64,000 nt of DNA from Acutalibacteraceae bacterium (GCA_045588555.1 JAZNEL010000013.1:17394-81393), one strand, 5' to 3'. Counted from the first letter of the stretch, positions 10,004 to 20,151 are shown. Notes: generated by a model not told the origin, from the letters alone. Numbers and translations: made by a program.

Positions 10004-12349
10004 GTGTACATAAAGGTGTTCAAGGACAGAGTAAAGAGAAAAACAGACCTGCTTTTTGTCCGCAGGGTTAAAAGCCTGGTGGCTCTGTTTATGGTATTTT
10101 TCTTCTGTGTAAATCTCGGTGCCGTAGGCTATATTATGGTCGTTCACGGTGAGGAATACCGTGAGGCGGCGGCACGGAATCAGCTCTACGATGAAACCAT
10201 CGACGCAGTCAGAGGTACCATCTATGACCGTAATATGACACCTCTTGTGACGAGCACCTCGGCGTGGATTCTCTGCGCTAATCCCGACGAAATCAGAAAA
10301 GCCTTCAATAAATACGACGAAAAATATCTCGAGGAGTTTTACACCTACCTTTCGAAGGGTATAGCCAAGGCTGTTTCGTCTAAATCTAAAGAGGTGAAGA
10401 AGCTCATCACCCGTGAGAACAGCAAGTATGTCCGCGTAAAAAAGGAGGTTACTCCTACCCAAAAAATCGCTCTGCAGACCTTTCTTGAGACTAAATATGA
10501 ATTTCAGGTGCCCGTGGAAAGCACCAGCTGGGGCAGAACCGTGACAGAGCTTAAGGCCAAAGAGATAAAACCGGCTAAATTTTTCTCCTATGAAAACGAC
10601 AGTAAAAGAGTATATACCCAGAAAAACTTTGCCTCCACCCTTATCGGCGTAGTAAATGCCGACGGTAACGGTGAAACGGGTATAGAAAAGTATTATAACG
10701 ATGTTCTGAGCGGTGAAAGCGGCAGAATCGTAACCGCCAAGGACTCCAGAGGAAATGTTTTAGAGTCGAGCTATGAGACCGTATTCGATGCCACCGACGG
10801 TAACGGTGTGGTGCTGACCATCGACGAAAACATCCAGTCCTATCTCGAAAACGCTCTCGACCAGGCGCTCGAAAGCATAAAGCCCGACGGTGTTTACGGT
10901 ATAGTTATGGATGTGGATACGGGTGCCGTGCTGGCTATGAGTGACAAGCCCGACTTCGACCTTACGAATCCCGGCAAGCTAATCAAATCGGCAGATAAAT
11001 CCCGTCTGAAGGAGCTCGAGGAGGGCAGTGAGGAATATAATGCCGAGTACAGCCGACTCCTTTATGACCAGTGGAGCAGCTTCTGCGTTACCGACACCTA
11101 TGAGCCCGGCTCTACCTTTAAAATCTTTACTGCGGCGGCGGCTCTCGAGGAGGGCGTGGTTTCGCTGAATACCACCTACACCTGCCGAAGCTATAATAAA
11201 ATCGCCGACATTACTTACCGCTGTGCGCAGAACAAGGCTCACGGCACCCAGACTCTTACCCAGATGCTTATGAATTCCTGTAACTGCGGCTTCATCCATG
11301 TGGGTCAGACTCTCGGTAAGGATAATTACTACAAATACTTTGAGGCCTTCGGCTTTACCGAAAGAACAGGAATCGACACGGGTAACGAGGCTTACCCCTA
11401 TGTTCATAAGCAGGAGACTATGTCAAAGGTTGACCTTGCCAGTACCTCCTTCGGTCAGTCCGTCAGAATCAGCCCCTTACAGCTTATAACCGCCACCTGT
11501 GCCATTGCAAACGGCGGAAAGCTGATGAAGCCCTATCTCGTAGACAAGATAGTGGACAGCGAGGGCAATGTGATTTCAGAGACGGAGCCTACTGTCAGAA
11601 GAACCGTTATCTCCGAATCGACCTCCGCCAAGGTGCGATCGATGATGGAGGCCGTAGTAGAAAGCGGTACGGGTAAAAACGCTTACATCGCAGGCTACCG
11701 CGTAGCGGGCAAGACAGCTACGGCAGAAAAGCTCGACGACGGCAGCGATGAGGACATCTACATCGCCTCCTTCGTATGCTACGCTCCCGCTGACGATCCG
11801 GAAATAGCCATTCTCGTCGGTGTGGATAACGCTCCCGGTGCTTACCGCGGCGGCGGTGTTTTGGCCGCCCCCATCGCAAAGGAGGTTATGGAGGCCACTC
11901 TCGATTATCTGAATGTAGAGCCCCAGTACACTGCTGCAGAGCTCGCTTCCGTGAGCAGAGTAACTCCGACCCTCGTCGGAAAAACAGCGAGTGCGGCGAA
12001 GGTGGCCGCGGCTTCAGAGGGCTTCACTGCGAAGGTCATCGGTAAGGGTGACACCGTCGTTTCACAGGTTCCCGCATCGGGTCAGAGCATACCTAAAAAC
12101 GGCGTAATAATTCTATACACAGAAAAGGATACAGAATCAAAGGAAGTAAAAGTTCCCGATTTCAAAGGGCTCACGGCCTCACAGGTAAACACACTTGCCA
12201 CGGAAAACGGTCTGAATGTTATCTTCTCCGGTCCCGCAGAGACAGCGGGTGCTCTCTCTTATAATCAGGACATCGCGAAGGACACCACCGTAGACGCAGG
12301 CTCGAACATTACGGTATACTTCCGACAGGAAAACATAGCCGTCGACTGA
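10004..12349 (+). CDS. Class B penicillin-binding protein (FtsI/PBP2B/SpoVD-like) with two C-terminal PASTA repeats
   Basis: N-terminal TM and a PBP dimerisation region. Carries SxxK 'STFK' and SxN 'SCN', with the third box read as 'GKTATA'. Two PASTA-like repeats lie at the C-terminus. GTG start has AAGGAG upstream. Confidence 0.93.
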   Translation: MYIKVFKDRVKRKTDLLFVRRVKSLVALFMVFFFCVNLGAVGYIMVVHGEEYREAAARNQLYDETIDAVRGTIYDRNMTPLVTSTSAWILCANPDEIRKAFNKYDEKYLEEFYTYLSKGIAKAVSSKSKEVKKLITRENSKYVRVKKEVTPTQKIALQTFLETKYEFQVPVESTSWGRTVTELKAKEIKPAKFFSYENDSKRVYTQKNFASTLIGVVNADGNGETGIEKYYNDVLSGESGRIVTAKDSRGNVLESSYETVFDATDGNGVVLTIDENIQSYLENALDQALESIKPDGVYGIVMDVDTGAVLAMSDKPDFDLTNPGKLIKSADKSRLKELEEGSEEYNAEYSRLLYDQWSSFCVTDTYEPGSTFKIFTAAAALEEGVVSLNTTYTCRSYNKIADITYRCAQNKAHGTQTLTQMLMNSCNCGFIHVGQTLGKDNYYKYFEAFGFTERTGIDTGNEAYPYVHKQETMSKVDLASTSFGQSVRISPLQLITATCAIANGGKLMKPYLVDKIVDSEGNVISETEPTVRRTVISESTSAKVRSMMEAVVESGTGKNAYIAGYRVAGKTATAEKLDDGSDEDIYIASFVCYAPADDPEIAILVGVDNAPGAYRGGGVLAAPIAKEVMEATLDYLNVEPQYTAAELASVSRVTPTLVGKTASAAKVAAASEGFTAKVIGKGDTVVSQVPASGQSIPKNGVIILYTEKDTESKEVKVPDFKGLTASQVNTLATENGLNVIFSGPAETAGALSYNQDIAKDTTVDAGSNITVYFRQENIAVD

Positions 12350-12375
12350 TACCGTGCACTAAACGGAGGAACACT

Positions 12376-13788
12376 ATGCTTATTTCCACTTTGCTTTTTC
12401 AGACAGGTATTGAGTATAAAAATGAGGACAGGGATATAAAATATATTACCGACGATTCGCGTAAGGTAAGAGAGGACACTCTCTTCGTGTGTCACGAAAA
12501 AGGGGAGAGCTATGTCCGCCAGGCTCTGGAAAAAGGAGCCGTGGCGGTGGTAGCTGAAAAAAAGGTATGTGAAAATACGGTTATCGTAGAGGACACGAGA
12601 AAGGCCTATTCACTTTTATGTGCCGCATTTTTCGGCTTCAGCCATAAAAAGCTGCGCCTCATCGGTGTGACGGGTACTAACGGAAAAACCACCGTCACCA
12701 CTATGCTTTATAACATCCTCACTATGGCGGGGCATAAGTGCGCTCTTTTCGGTACCGTCTGCAATAAGCTCTGCGGAGAAAGCAGTGATTCCCTGCTTAC
12801 CACTCCCGACAGCTTTTATATGCATAAAAAATTCAGCGATATGACCGAATGTAACACGGAATACTGCATTATCGAGGCATCCTCACAGGGCTTGTGTCAG
12901 CAAAGACTGTACGGTCTTGATTTCGAGGCGGGAGTTTTCCTTAACCTCACCGAGGACCATCTGGATTATCACGGCACTATGGAAAGCTATATGAATGCGA
13001 AAAAGCTTCTCCTTTCCTCGAGCCGCCTTTCGGTAATCAATGCTGACGATAAATTCGCCGAAGAATTTAAAAAAGCGGCGGCGGGAGAGGTTAAAACCTT
13101 TTCTCTTAAGAGCGACGAGGCGGACTTTACCGCCAAATGCATAAAATTCAGCGAGGGAACCACAGATTATGCCATCGTTTCCGACGGACTCATTCACCGC
13201 ATAAAGCTGAAAATCCCGGGCGCCTATAATGTCTCAAATTCTATGGCGGCGATTATAACCGCACTCAATCTCGGAGTCAGCCTGGATGCCTGTGCGGCGG
13301 CACTGCGGAATTTCTACGGAGTAAAGGGCAGATTTGAGATAGTTCCCACGGACAGGGATTTTAAGGTTATCATCGACTATGCCCACACTCCCGACAGCCT
13401 CAAGCAGGTGCTTCTCACCCTCGGCGGCTTTCCGAAAAACAGGATTATCACCGTTTTCGGCTGCGGCGGAGACCGAGATAAGGATAAAAGGGGAGAGATG
13501 GGCAGAATAGCCGCCGATTATTCGGATATGGTTATCGTCACCAGCGACAACCCCCGAAACGAGGATCCGCTCGACATTATCCGTGACATAGTAGGTGCCG
13601 TAAAGGGCACGAAAACTCCTATGTTCATTCATCAGGACAGAAGAAGGGCTATTGAATTTGCCTTGAAAAATGCGGGAAAGAATGATATAATTCTTTTAGC
13701 GGGCAAGGGTCACGAAACCAGTCAGAGCGTCGGTGGGGAGGAAATCCCTATGGACGAAAGAAAAATAATCAAGGAATTATTAGGGTGA
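12376..13788 (+). CDS. murE: UDP-N-acetylmuramoyl-L-alanyl-D-glutamate--2,6-diaminopimelate ligase
   Basis: Mur ligase P-loop 'GVTGTNGKTT'. The 'DNPR' motif ('TSDNPRNEDP') is characteristic of meso-DAP-adding MurE. Confidence 0.93.
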   Translation: MLISTLLFQTGIEYKNEDRDIKYITDDSRKVREDTLFVCHEKGESYVRQALEKGAVAVVAEKKVCENTVIVEDTRKAYSLLCAAFFGFSHKKLRLIGVTGTNGKTTVTTMLYNILTMAGHKCALFGTVCNKLCGESSDSLLTTPDSFYMHKKFSDMTECNTEYCIIEASSQGLCQQRLYGLDFEAGVFLNLTEDHLDYHGTMESYMNAKKLLLSSSRLSVINADDKFAEEFKKAAAGEVKTFSLKSDEADFTAKCIKFSEGTTDYAIVSDGLIHRIKLKIPGAYNVSNSMAAIITALNLGVSLDACAAALRNFYGVKGRFEIVPTDRDFKVIIDYAHTPDSLKQVLLTLGGFPKNRIITVFGCGGDRDKDKRGEMGRIAADYSDMVIVTSDNPRNEDPLDIIRDIVGAVKGTKTPMFIHQDRRRAIEFALKNAGKNDIILLAGKGHETSQSVGGEEIPMDERKIIKELLG

Positions 13789-13823
13789 ACCGCCCTTAAA
13801 GATATTTGAAAGGAATGTTTTAA

Positions 13824-14861
13824 ATGAACAGCACTTTAGCACTTATTGCTTCACTCGTTATCTCCTTCGGAGTTACTGCACTTTTGGGTTATGTGATTAT
13901 TCCCATTCTCCATAACCTTAAATTCGGTCAGAGTATTCTTACGGACATCGGCCCCAAATGGCACGCAAACAAGCAGGGCACACCTACTATGGGCGGTATT
14001 ATGTTCATTATCGGAACTGTCTTTGCCACGGTCGTGACTTATCTTATCTGTAAGCTTACGGGGCTTCAGATTTTTGCCGAGCTTGACATAACACGCTATC
14101 AGCAGTACACGAAAATTTTCGCAGGTATACTTATGGCTCTCTGCTTCGCTCTCGTGGGCTTTGCCGATGATTATATCAAGGTAGTAAAAAAGAGAAATCT
14201 CGGTCTTACCGAGATTCAGAAAACCATTCCCCAGGTGCTCATCATCGCCGCTTATCTTGCCTCTCTCATCATCAGCGAGAACACATCTATGTTCATTCCC
14301 TTCTACGGCAAAATAAGCTTCGAGTCCGTGGGCGGAATAATCTTCTTCTGTATTTTCAGCGTATGCGTGATTTACGGTGCCATAAATGCCGTTAACTTTA
14401 CTGACGGTATCGACGGACTCTGCGGTACGGTAACCATACCCGTAGGTGTGGCCTTCGCCGTTATCGCTCTTATGATGAAAACCACCTCCGTGGGTATTCT
14501 GGGTGCTGCTCTCGCAGGCGGCTGTGCAGGCTATGTGGTGTGGAACCGGTATCCCGCGAAGGTCTTTATGGGAGACACGGGCTCTATGTTCCTCGGCGGT
14601 CTCGTGGTGGCTCTGGCTTATGCGGTGGACTGTCCGATTATTCTTCTTCCCGTGGGTATCGTTTATGTTATCGAGGCGCTGTCCGATGTAATTCAGATAG
14701 GCTCCATAAAAATCCGTAAAAAGAAGGTATTCAAACTGGCTCCCATCCACCACCATTTCGAAATGTGCGGATGGAACGAAAATAAAATCGTGGCTGTATT
14801 CAGCTCTGTAAGCCTCATTGGCTGTATCGTCGGTGTAGCGGTTATGTACTTTACCGTTTGA
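13824..14861 (+). CDS. mraY: Phospho-N-acetylmuramoyl-pentapeptide transferase
   Basis: Polytopic membrane protein with the MraY blocks 'NAVNFTDGIDGL', 'GDTGSMFLGG' and 'PIHHHFE'. Confidence 0.95.
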   Translation: MNSTLALIASLVISFGVTALLGYVIIPILHNLKFGQSILTDIGPKWHANKQGTPTMGGIMFIIGTVFATVVTYLICKLTGLQIFAELDITRYQQYTKIFAGILMALCFALVGFADDYIKVVKKRNLGLTEIQKTIPQVLIIAAYLASLIISENTSMFIPFYGKISFESVGGIIFFCIFSVCVIYGAINAVNFTDGIDGLCGTVTIPVGVAFAVIALMMKTTSVGILGAALAGGCAGYVVWNRYPAKVFMGDTGSMFLGGLVVALAYAVDCPIILLPVGIVYVIEALSDVIQIGSIKIRKKKVFKLAPIHHHFEMCGWNENKIVAVFSSVSLIGCIVGVAVMYFTV

Positions 14862-14898
14862 TTTATTTAATGAAAGATTCGAGGTAGGAGGGTAAAAT

Positions 14899-16200
14899 AT
14901 GAAAGAAAAAAAGAAAAAAACTAAAAAGCTTAAGCTTACGGCTCCTGCCGAAATGATTTCAGATCTTAAAACGAGGGTAAGAACGAATATTTTTCATCAG
15001 GGAAGCTTCGATGTGGTTTTTGCCTGTATTGTGCTTCTGCTTTTTACCGTAGGCATCATCGCTATGTATTCGGCATCCTATGCCTATGCCACCTATAATA
15101 AGGGAAACGCTAACGAGTTTTTCTTTTCACAGCTGGAAAATGCCGTAATCGGCTTCATCTTTATGGCTCTTTTCAGCAAGATTGACTACAGGATTTTCAA
15201 CGGACGCTTTGCTCCCTTTGCCTATGTGATGACAGTGGCGGTTCTCATTTATACGCTGATTTATAATCTCGGCAGTGAGGCCGACACCAGCCGCTGGATT
15301 TACATCGGCGGTATGCAGATTCAGCCATCGGAGTTTGCTAAATTTACTCTCATTATTGTAATGGCATATATGATATGTGTTATGAAAAACGCTTTGAGAG
15401 CGCCGAAAAATAAGCTCGGTAAATTCACTCCCGACAGGGACACTCTTTCTACCTTTGAAAGAAAGATTTTCTCCTTTGCGAAAACTCCCTTCTCGGCCTG
15501 TGTGCTTCTGGCTGTAGTTGCCGTGTCCTATTTCGGACTGGTGCTTTTGGAAAAGCATTACTCCGCCGCCATTCTGCTTATGCTTATGGCTATCGCTATG
15601 ACCTGGTTGAGCGGAACTAAAAAGATTTACTTCGCCGCTGTTTTCGGTGCCATCGGTGCTGTGGTGGCTCTGGTCATAATCAAGCCCGATATTCTCGACG
15701 GCTTCGGCTTTGCGGCCAGCCGAATTATGTGCTGGCTCGATAAGGATAATCCAGCTTATATCGAAAACAGAAGACAGACGGTAAACGGACTTTATGCCAT
15801 CGGCTCCGGCGGTCTTTTCGGTGTGGGACTCGGTAATTCCAAACAAAAGCAACTTTACATTCCCGAACCGCAGAATGACTTCGTATTTCCTGTTTTCTGC
15901 GAGGAGTTCGGCTTCATCGGCGCGGCCTTCGTCATTATTCTTTTCGCCGCACTCATCTGCAGAGGCTTTATGATTGCCGCTAAATGTAAGGACCTTTTCG
16001 GCTCTTTGGTAGTAATGGGCATTATGATTCAGGTAGCCTTACAGGTTATAATAAACATTTCCGTTGTTACGGACCTTATCCCGAACACGGGTATGGCTCT
16101 TCCCTTCTTCAGCTACGGAGGTACGGCTCTGCTCGTACTGCTGATTGAGATGGGAATAGTGCTGTCCGTATCGCGTAATTCTAAAGTTGAAAAGGAATGA
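14899..16200 (+). CDS. ftsW: SEDS-family peptidoglycan glycosyltransferase FtsW/SpoVE
   Basis: Multi-TM protein with 'LYAIGSGGLFGVGLG', 'PEPQNDFVF' and 'PNTGMALPFFSYGGT'. Located within the dcw cluster. Has a Lys-rich N-terminal extension. Confidence 0.9.
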   Translation: MKEKKKKTKKLKLTAPAEMISDLKTRVRTNIFHQGSFDVVFACIVLLLFTVGIIAMYSASYAYATYNKGNANEFFFSQLENAVIGFIFMALFSKIDYRIFNGRFAPFAYVMTVAVLIYTLIYNLGSEADTSRWIYIGGMQIQPSEFAKFTLIIVMAYMICVMKNALRAPKNKLGKFTPDRDTLSTFERKIFSFAKTPFSACVLLAVVAVSYFGLVLLEKHYSAAILLMLMAIAMTWLSGTKKIYFAAVFGAIGAVVALVIIKPDILDGFGFAASRIMCWLDKDNPAYIENRRQTVNGLYAIGSGGLFGVGLGNSKQKQLYIPEPQNDFVFPVFCEEFGFIGAAFVIILFAALICRGFMIAAKCKDLFGSLVVMGIMIQVALQVIINISVVTDLIPNTGMALPFFSYGGTALLVLLIEMGIVLSVSRNSKVEKE

Positions 16201-16205
16201 TTTGA

Positions 16206-17327
16206 ATGAAAATTTTATTTGCCGCAGGCGGAACGGGCGGACACATTAATCCCGCTTTAGCCGTAGCAGGTGAAATCAGAGAAAGATACCCCGATGCCGA
16301 AATCCTCTTTGTCGGTGCGAAGGGTAAAATGGAGACGAAGCTGGTGCCGGATGCCGGCTTCGAGCTTAAAACCATCCGTATCGCGGGCTTTCAGAGAAAA
16401 ATCTCTGTAGAAAACATCATCAGAAACATCCTCGCTCTGTTTTATCTTCTTACCTCGTCTTATGCGGTTAAAAAGATAATCAAGGGCTTTTCACCGGATG
16501 TGGTGGTAGGCTTCGGCGGTTATGTCAGCGGTCCCGTTCTGCGTATGGCGGCTAAAATGGGTATCCCCACAGCCATCCACGAGCAGAATGCCTTCCCCGG
16601 TGTGACGAATAAAACTCTGGCCAAAACGGCAGACAGGGTAATGCTCACGGCGAAGGATGCGGAAAAATATCTCCGCTGTAAGAATCCTCCCGTGGTTACA
16701 GGCCTTCCCGTAAGAGGGGAAATGCTGAAGGCTGACAGAGATTTCTCCAGGTCGGAAATGGGCATCAGGGATGATGAAATTCTCGTTCTGTCCATGGGCG
16801 GAAGCCTCGGTGCCGCTACCATAAATAACGCTATGACGAAAATCATCGTCGCACATCATAAGGATGAAAAGCTCCGTTTTCTTCACGCTATGGGTCAGTA
16901 CGGTCTTTGGGTGCCCGAAAGGCTGAAGGAAATGGGTATGGATACACAGACGGCCCCGAATGTGGAAATCCGTGAATACATAAGCGATATGGACAGATGT
17001 ATGTCAGCGGCCGATGTGGTAATCTGCCGTGCGGGTGCATCCTCACTTTCGGAGCTTCAGGCTCTGGGCAAGGCTTCTATTCTCATTCCGTCTCCCAATG
17101 TTTCGGAAAATCATCAGTACCATAATGCTATGGCTCTGGTTAACAGAGGAGCCGCTTATGTCATCGAGGAAAAGGAGCTTACCGACGAAAAAATGGATGA
17201 GCTTTTCTGCTCTCTCGTAAACGATAAGGCTAAAAGAACAGAGATGGAGCAGAACGCGAGGGCTATGGCCGTATTTGACGCTAAAGAGCAGATAGCTGAT
17301 ATCGTGGTTTCGCTGATAAAAAAATAA
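16206..17327 (+). CDS. murG: UDP-GlcNAc:lipid I N-acetylglucosaminyltransferase
   Basis: 'AAGGTGGHINPALAV' G-loop, 'GGSLGA' and 'RAGASSLSEL'. 373 aa. Confidence 0.93.
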   Translation: MKILFAAGGTGGHINPALAVAGEIRERYPDAEILFVGAKGKMETKLVPDAGFELKTIRIAGFQRKISVENIIRNILALFYLLTSSYAVKKIIKGFSPDVVVGFGGYVSGPVLRMAAKMGIPTAIHEQNAFPGVTNKTLAKTADRVMLTAKDAEKYLRCKNPPVVTGLPVRGEMLKADRDFSRSEMGIRDDEILVLSMGGSLGAATINNAMTKIIVAHHKDEKLRFLHAMGQYGLWVPERLKEMGMDTQTAPNVEIREYISDMDRCMSAADVVICRAGASSLSELQALGKASILIPSPNVSENHQYHNAMALVNRGAAYVIEEKELTDEKMDELFCSLVNDKAKRTEMEQNARAMAVFDAKEQIADIVVSLIKK

Positions 17328-17392
17328 GTTTATACTGAAAAATTCACCGTTTTCATCACTTTTGCATACAATGGGGTGAAAGGTGTGATTTT

Positions 17393-18652
17393 ATGGACAG
17401 CTTAATCGTTAATTCAGGCAGACCGCTTAAGGGTGAGACGGCAGTGCAGGGCTCGAAAAACAGCTCTCTGCCCATTCTGGCGGCTACTGTTCTGGTGGGC
17501 GGTGTCTGTCAGATACATAACTGTCCCGACCTTACGGACACACAGGCGGCGGTGAACATACTTCGTCATCTCGGCTGTAAAGTAAAAACAGGAAATAATA
17601 CCGTTACGGTTGATTCTTCTGCCGTGTCGTGCTATAATATTCCCGATTCACTGATGCGTGAAATGCGTTCATCCATCGTATTTTTAGGCTCTGTCCTCGG
17701 CAGAACGGGCAGGGCGGAGCTTTCTGCACCGGGCGGCTGTGAAATCGGTCTGCGGCCTATTGACCTCCACCTTAATGCTCTGAAAATTATGGGCTATGTC
17801 ATAGAGGAGGATTACGGCTGTATCCGCTGTGAAAAGGCGAAGGAAAACCGCTCCTCTGTTATCAGCCTTTCCTTTCCGAGCGTAGGTGCCACGGAAAATA
17901 TTATTCTTGCCGCGGCACTGTCGAAGGGCAGAACGGTAATCCATAACGCGGCGCGTGAGCCCGAGATTTACGATCTGGTGGCTTTCCTTAATGAATGCGG
18001 CTGTAAAATCAGCTTCCGTATGCAGGGGACTGTGGTCATAGAGGGCGTTAGCAAGCTTCACGGATGCCGCTATTCGGTGATGGCTGACCGCATCGTGGCT
18101 CTCACTTATATGACGGGAGCGGCGATAACCGGCGGCGACATCACTCTGCACGGAGTAAACACTAATCATTTCCGTACGGTGCTTCCCGTATTCGAGGGAG
18201 CGGGATGCTTCGTGGAGGACAGAAAAAACCTTTTAAGAATACGGGCAGATAAGTGCCTTCGCGCTGTCCGTGATATAAGAACTATGCCTTATCCCGGCTT
18301 TCCCACCGATGCACAGGCGCCTGTTATGGCTATGCTTACGGTGGCACAGGGAACGAGCGTAATAGTGGAAAATATTTTCGAAAGCCGATTCAAGCACGTC
18401 AGTGAGCTGGTGCGAATGGGCGCAAAGATTAAAATTGAAGGAAAAATAGCCCTTATCGACGGTGTAAAGGAGCTTTACGGTACGACGGTAACGGCATCGG
18501 ATCTGAGAGGCGGAGCCGCACTTGTGGTGGCGGGTCTTGCCGCTAAAGGCAGTACCGTAGTGGAAAACATCGGTCACATCGACAGAGGCTACGAAAAAAT
18601 AGAGGAAAGTCTGAAGGCGTTAGGCGCAGACATAAAGCGAGTAAATCAGTAA
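17393..18652 (+). CDS. murA: UDP-N-acetylglucosamine 1-carboxyvinyltransferase
   Basis: 'GSKNSSLPILAA' and the active-site loop 'GGCEIGLRPIDLH' (Cys form). 419 aa. Confidence 0.93.
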   Translation: MDSLIVNSGRPLKGETAVQGSKNSSLPILAATVLVGGVCQIHNCPDLTDTQAAVNILRHLGCKVKTGNNTVTVDSSAVSCYNIPDSLMREMRSSIVFLGSVLGRTGRAELSAPGGCEIGLRPIDLHLNALKIMGYVIEEDYGCIRCEKAKENRSSVISLSFPSVGATENIILAAALSKGRTVIHNAAREPEIYDLVAFLNECGCKISFRMQGTVVIEGVSKLHGCRYSVMADRIVALTYMTGAAITGGDITLHGVNTNHFRTVLPVFEGAGCFVEDRKNLLRIRADKCLRAVRDIRTMPYPGFPTDAQAPVMAMLTVAQGTSVIVENIFESRFKHVSELVRMGAKIKIEGKIALIDGVKELYGTTVTASDLRGGAALVVAGLAAKGSTVVENIGHIDRGYEKIEESLKALGADIKRVNQ

Positions 18653-18716
18653 CTATTTTTTCGGCAGCCGTATCAGCGGTTGCCTTTTTTTGATTTTTTT
18701 GAAAGGAGTGTATTTT

Positions 18717-19997
18717 ATGGCGGACAGAAATAATCCCTTCGGCGGATACGGCGAAAAAAATGTCGGCAGAACAGTGCAGAATGTAACCTCTTCTATGTGG
18801 GAGCCTATCAGTGCGGGACCGTCGGTTCAGAAAGATACTCCTGTCAGAAAAAGCACGGAGCAGACGAAGAAAAGCTCCGCGAAAGCCCCGAAGGATGTGC
18901 CGTCACAGAAAAAGCCGAGAGCGAAAAAGCCCTCTGCAGATGTGACAAGAGACAGAATTTCCGACGGAGGCAAAAAGGCACAGGGGACTGCACCGAAAAA
19001 GAAAAGTCCTCCTCCCGAAAAAAAGAAAAAGCCTGCCCCTAAAGCTAAAAGACCCGTGGGCGGTAAGGAGAGGGAGCCGAAGGGCAGAGATACGAGAAAC
19101 CTTGACCGCAGACAGGAGCAGGCGAGGATTAATAAAGAGCAGAAAAGAGCCCGTGACCGTGCCCGCTCCAGGGAAAAGGCCGAAAGACAGAGTCAGAGAG
19201 GCGTTTCCTACGACGAAATGAGAAATAAGAGGAGCCGTACCGCACGGCTCAAGGCGAAGGCTATTGCCGCCGTTACGGTGGTGGCGGTGCTTCTGACGGT
19301 GGCTCTGTGCGTGGGCGTTTATGCCTATCAGCAGGGTGCCCCCGTAGCTGTTATAGATATTGTAGGCGAAAGTCCCTATAAGAATAAAAAAATTACCGAA
19401 ACGGCAAATCTTTATGTGGGAATAAATATGTTAAGTGTAAGAGAACGGAAGGTAAACGCCGCTCTTACCAAAGAGCTTCCCTACATAAAGGATGTACAGG
19501 TGGATTATCAGTTTCCGGACACTCTCGTGCTGAATGTCACCTCCACCGAGGAGAAGCTTCTCATCTCCGGCGAATCGGGCTACATCTGTCTGGACAGAGA
19601 CGGAAAGGTGCTTTCTCTTAAGAAGAAAAAGCTTACCGACGGACGCTATCTTGTCGAGGGCTTCGAGAAGCAGGGTGCCGTGACGGGTGAGGATTTCATC
19701 CCCACGGAGAATAATAAGGCGAAATACGAAAAGGTCAGAGAGATCGTGGCTGTGCTGGAGGCCTCGGGCAAATTCCCGAAGGGCACGGTGAATGTCACAG
19801 ACCTGAAGGATGTCTCGGTGGTTTATGATTCGAGAATTAACATTTATCTCGGTGACTGCGCAAGACTGGAGGCACAGCTCGAGGATGCCATCAATGTCAT
19901 CGAAAAGGATGAGGACATCATAAACGGCCAGACAGGCTACATCGAAACCCGTTATGAGGGACAGACCACCTTTAAGCCGGGAAGTATGAAAAAGTAA
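18717..19997 (+). CDS. ftsQ: Cell division protein FtsQ/DivIB with a long basic N-terminal extension
   Basis: ATG 18717 has AAGGAG upstream. ~180 aa of Lys/Arg/Pro-rich sequence precede one TM ('AIAAVTVVAVLLTVALCVGVYAY'). A POTRA-like region plus an FtsQ-type beta domain follows. Position immediately upstream of ftsZ. Confidence 0.75.
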   Translation: MADRNNPFGGYGEKNVGRTVQNVTSSMWEPISAGPSVQKDTPVRKSTEQTKKSSAKAPKDVPSQKKPRAKKPSADVTRDRISDGGKKAQGTAPKKKSPPPEKKKKPAPKAKRPVGGKEREPKGRDTRNLDRRQEQARINKEQKRARDRARSREKAERQSQRGVSYDEMRNKRSRTARLKAKAIAAVTVVAVLLTVALCVGVYAYQQGAPVAVIDIVGESPYKNKKITETANLYVGINMLSVRERKVNAALTKELPYIKDVQVDYQFPDTLVLNVTSTEEKLLISGESGYICLDRDGKVLSLKKKKLTDGRYLVEGFEKQGAVTGEDFIPTENNKAKYEKVREIVAVLEASGKFPKGTVNVTDLKDVSVVYDSRINIYLGDCARLEAQLEDAINVIEKDEDIINGQTGYIETRYEGQTTFKPGSMKK

Positions 19998-20026
19998 AGG
20001 GCAAATTTTCATATTAAAAAATATGC

Positions 20027-20055
20027 GCTTTGTTATTGTAATTTTTGAAATACTG
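20027..20055 (+). promoter_or_regulatory. Putative extended -10 promoter for ftsZ
   Basis: TTGTAA (20027-20032), a 17-nt spacer ending in TGT, then TATAAT (20050-20055). Lies in the 154-nt ftsQ-ftsZ spacer. Confidence 0.5.
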
Positions 20056-20151
20056 TGTTATAATAACTCGGATAATAGGTTTCTGTGACCGTTTACGGTC
20101 GCATACAGATTTAAAATTACCGTATTAAAATATATTTTAGGAGGAAGTAAA

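Noticed and set aside
13851-14756. A 301-aa minus-strand ORF inside mraY. Similar shadow ORFs are 719-1456 in atpD, 6696-7517 in polA, 15127-15852 in ftsW, 20826-21491 in ftsZ, 33191-33982 in the aminotransferase, 41270-41932 in the phosphoesterase, 42860-43423 and 44585-45241 in the GH63-like gene, 57205-57855 in the kinase, and 59966-60574 in GH36.
   Set aside because: All lie antisense to, or out of frame with, genes supported by family motifs. None has a plausible RBS, promoter or recognisable motif.
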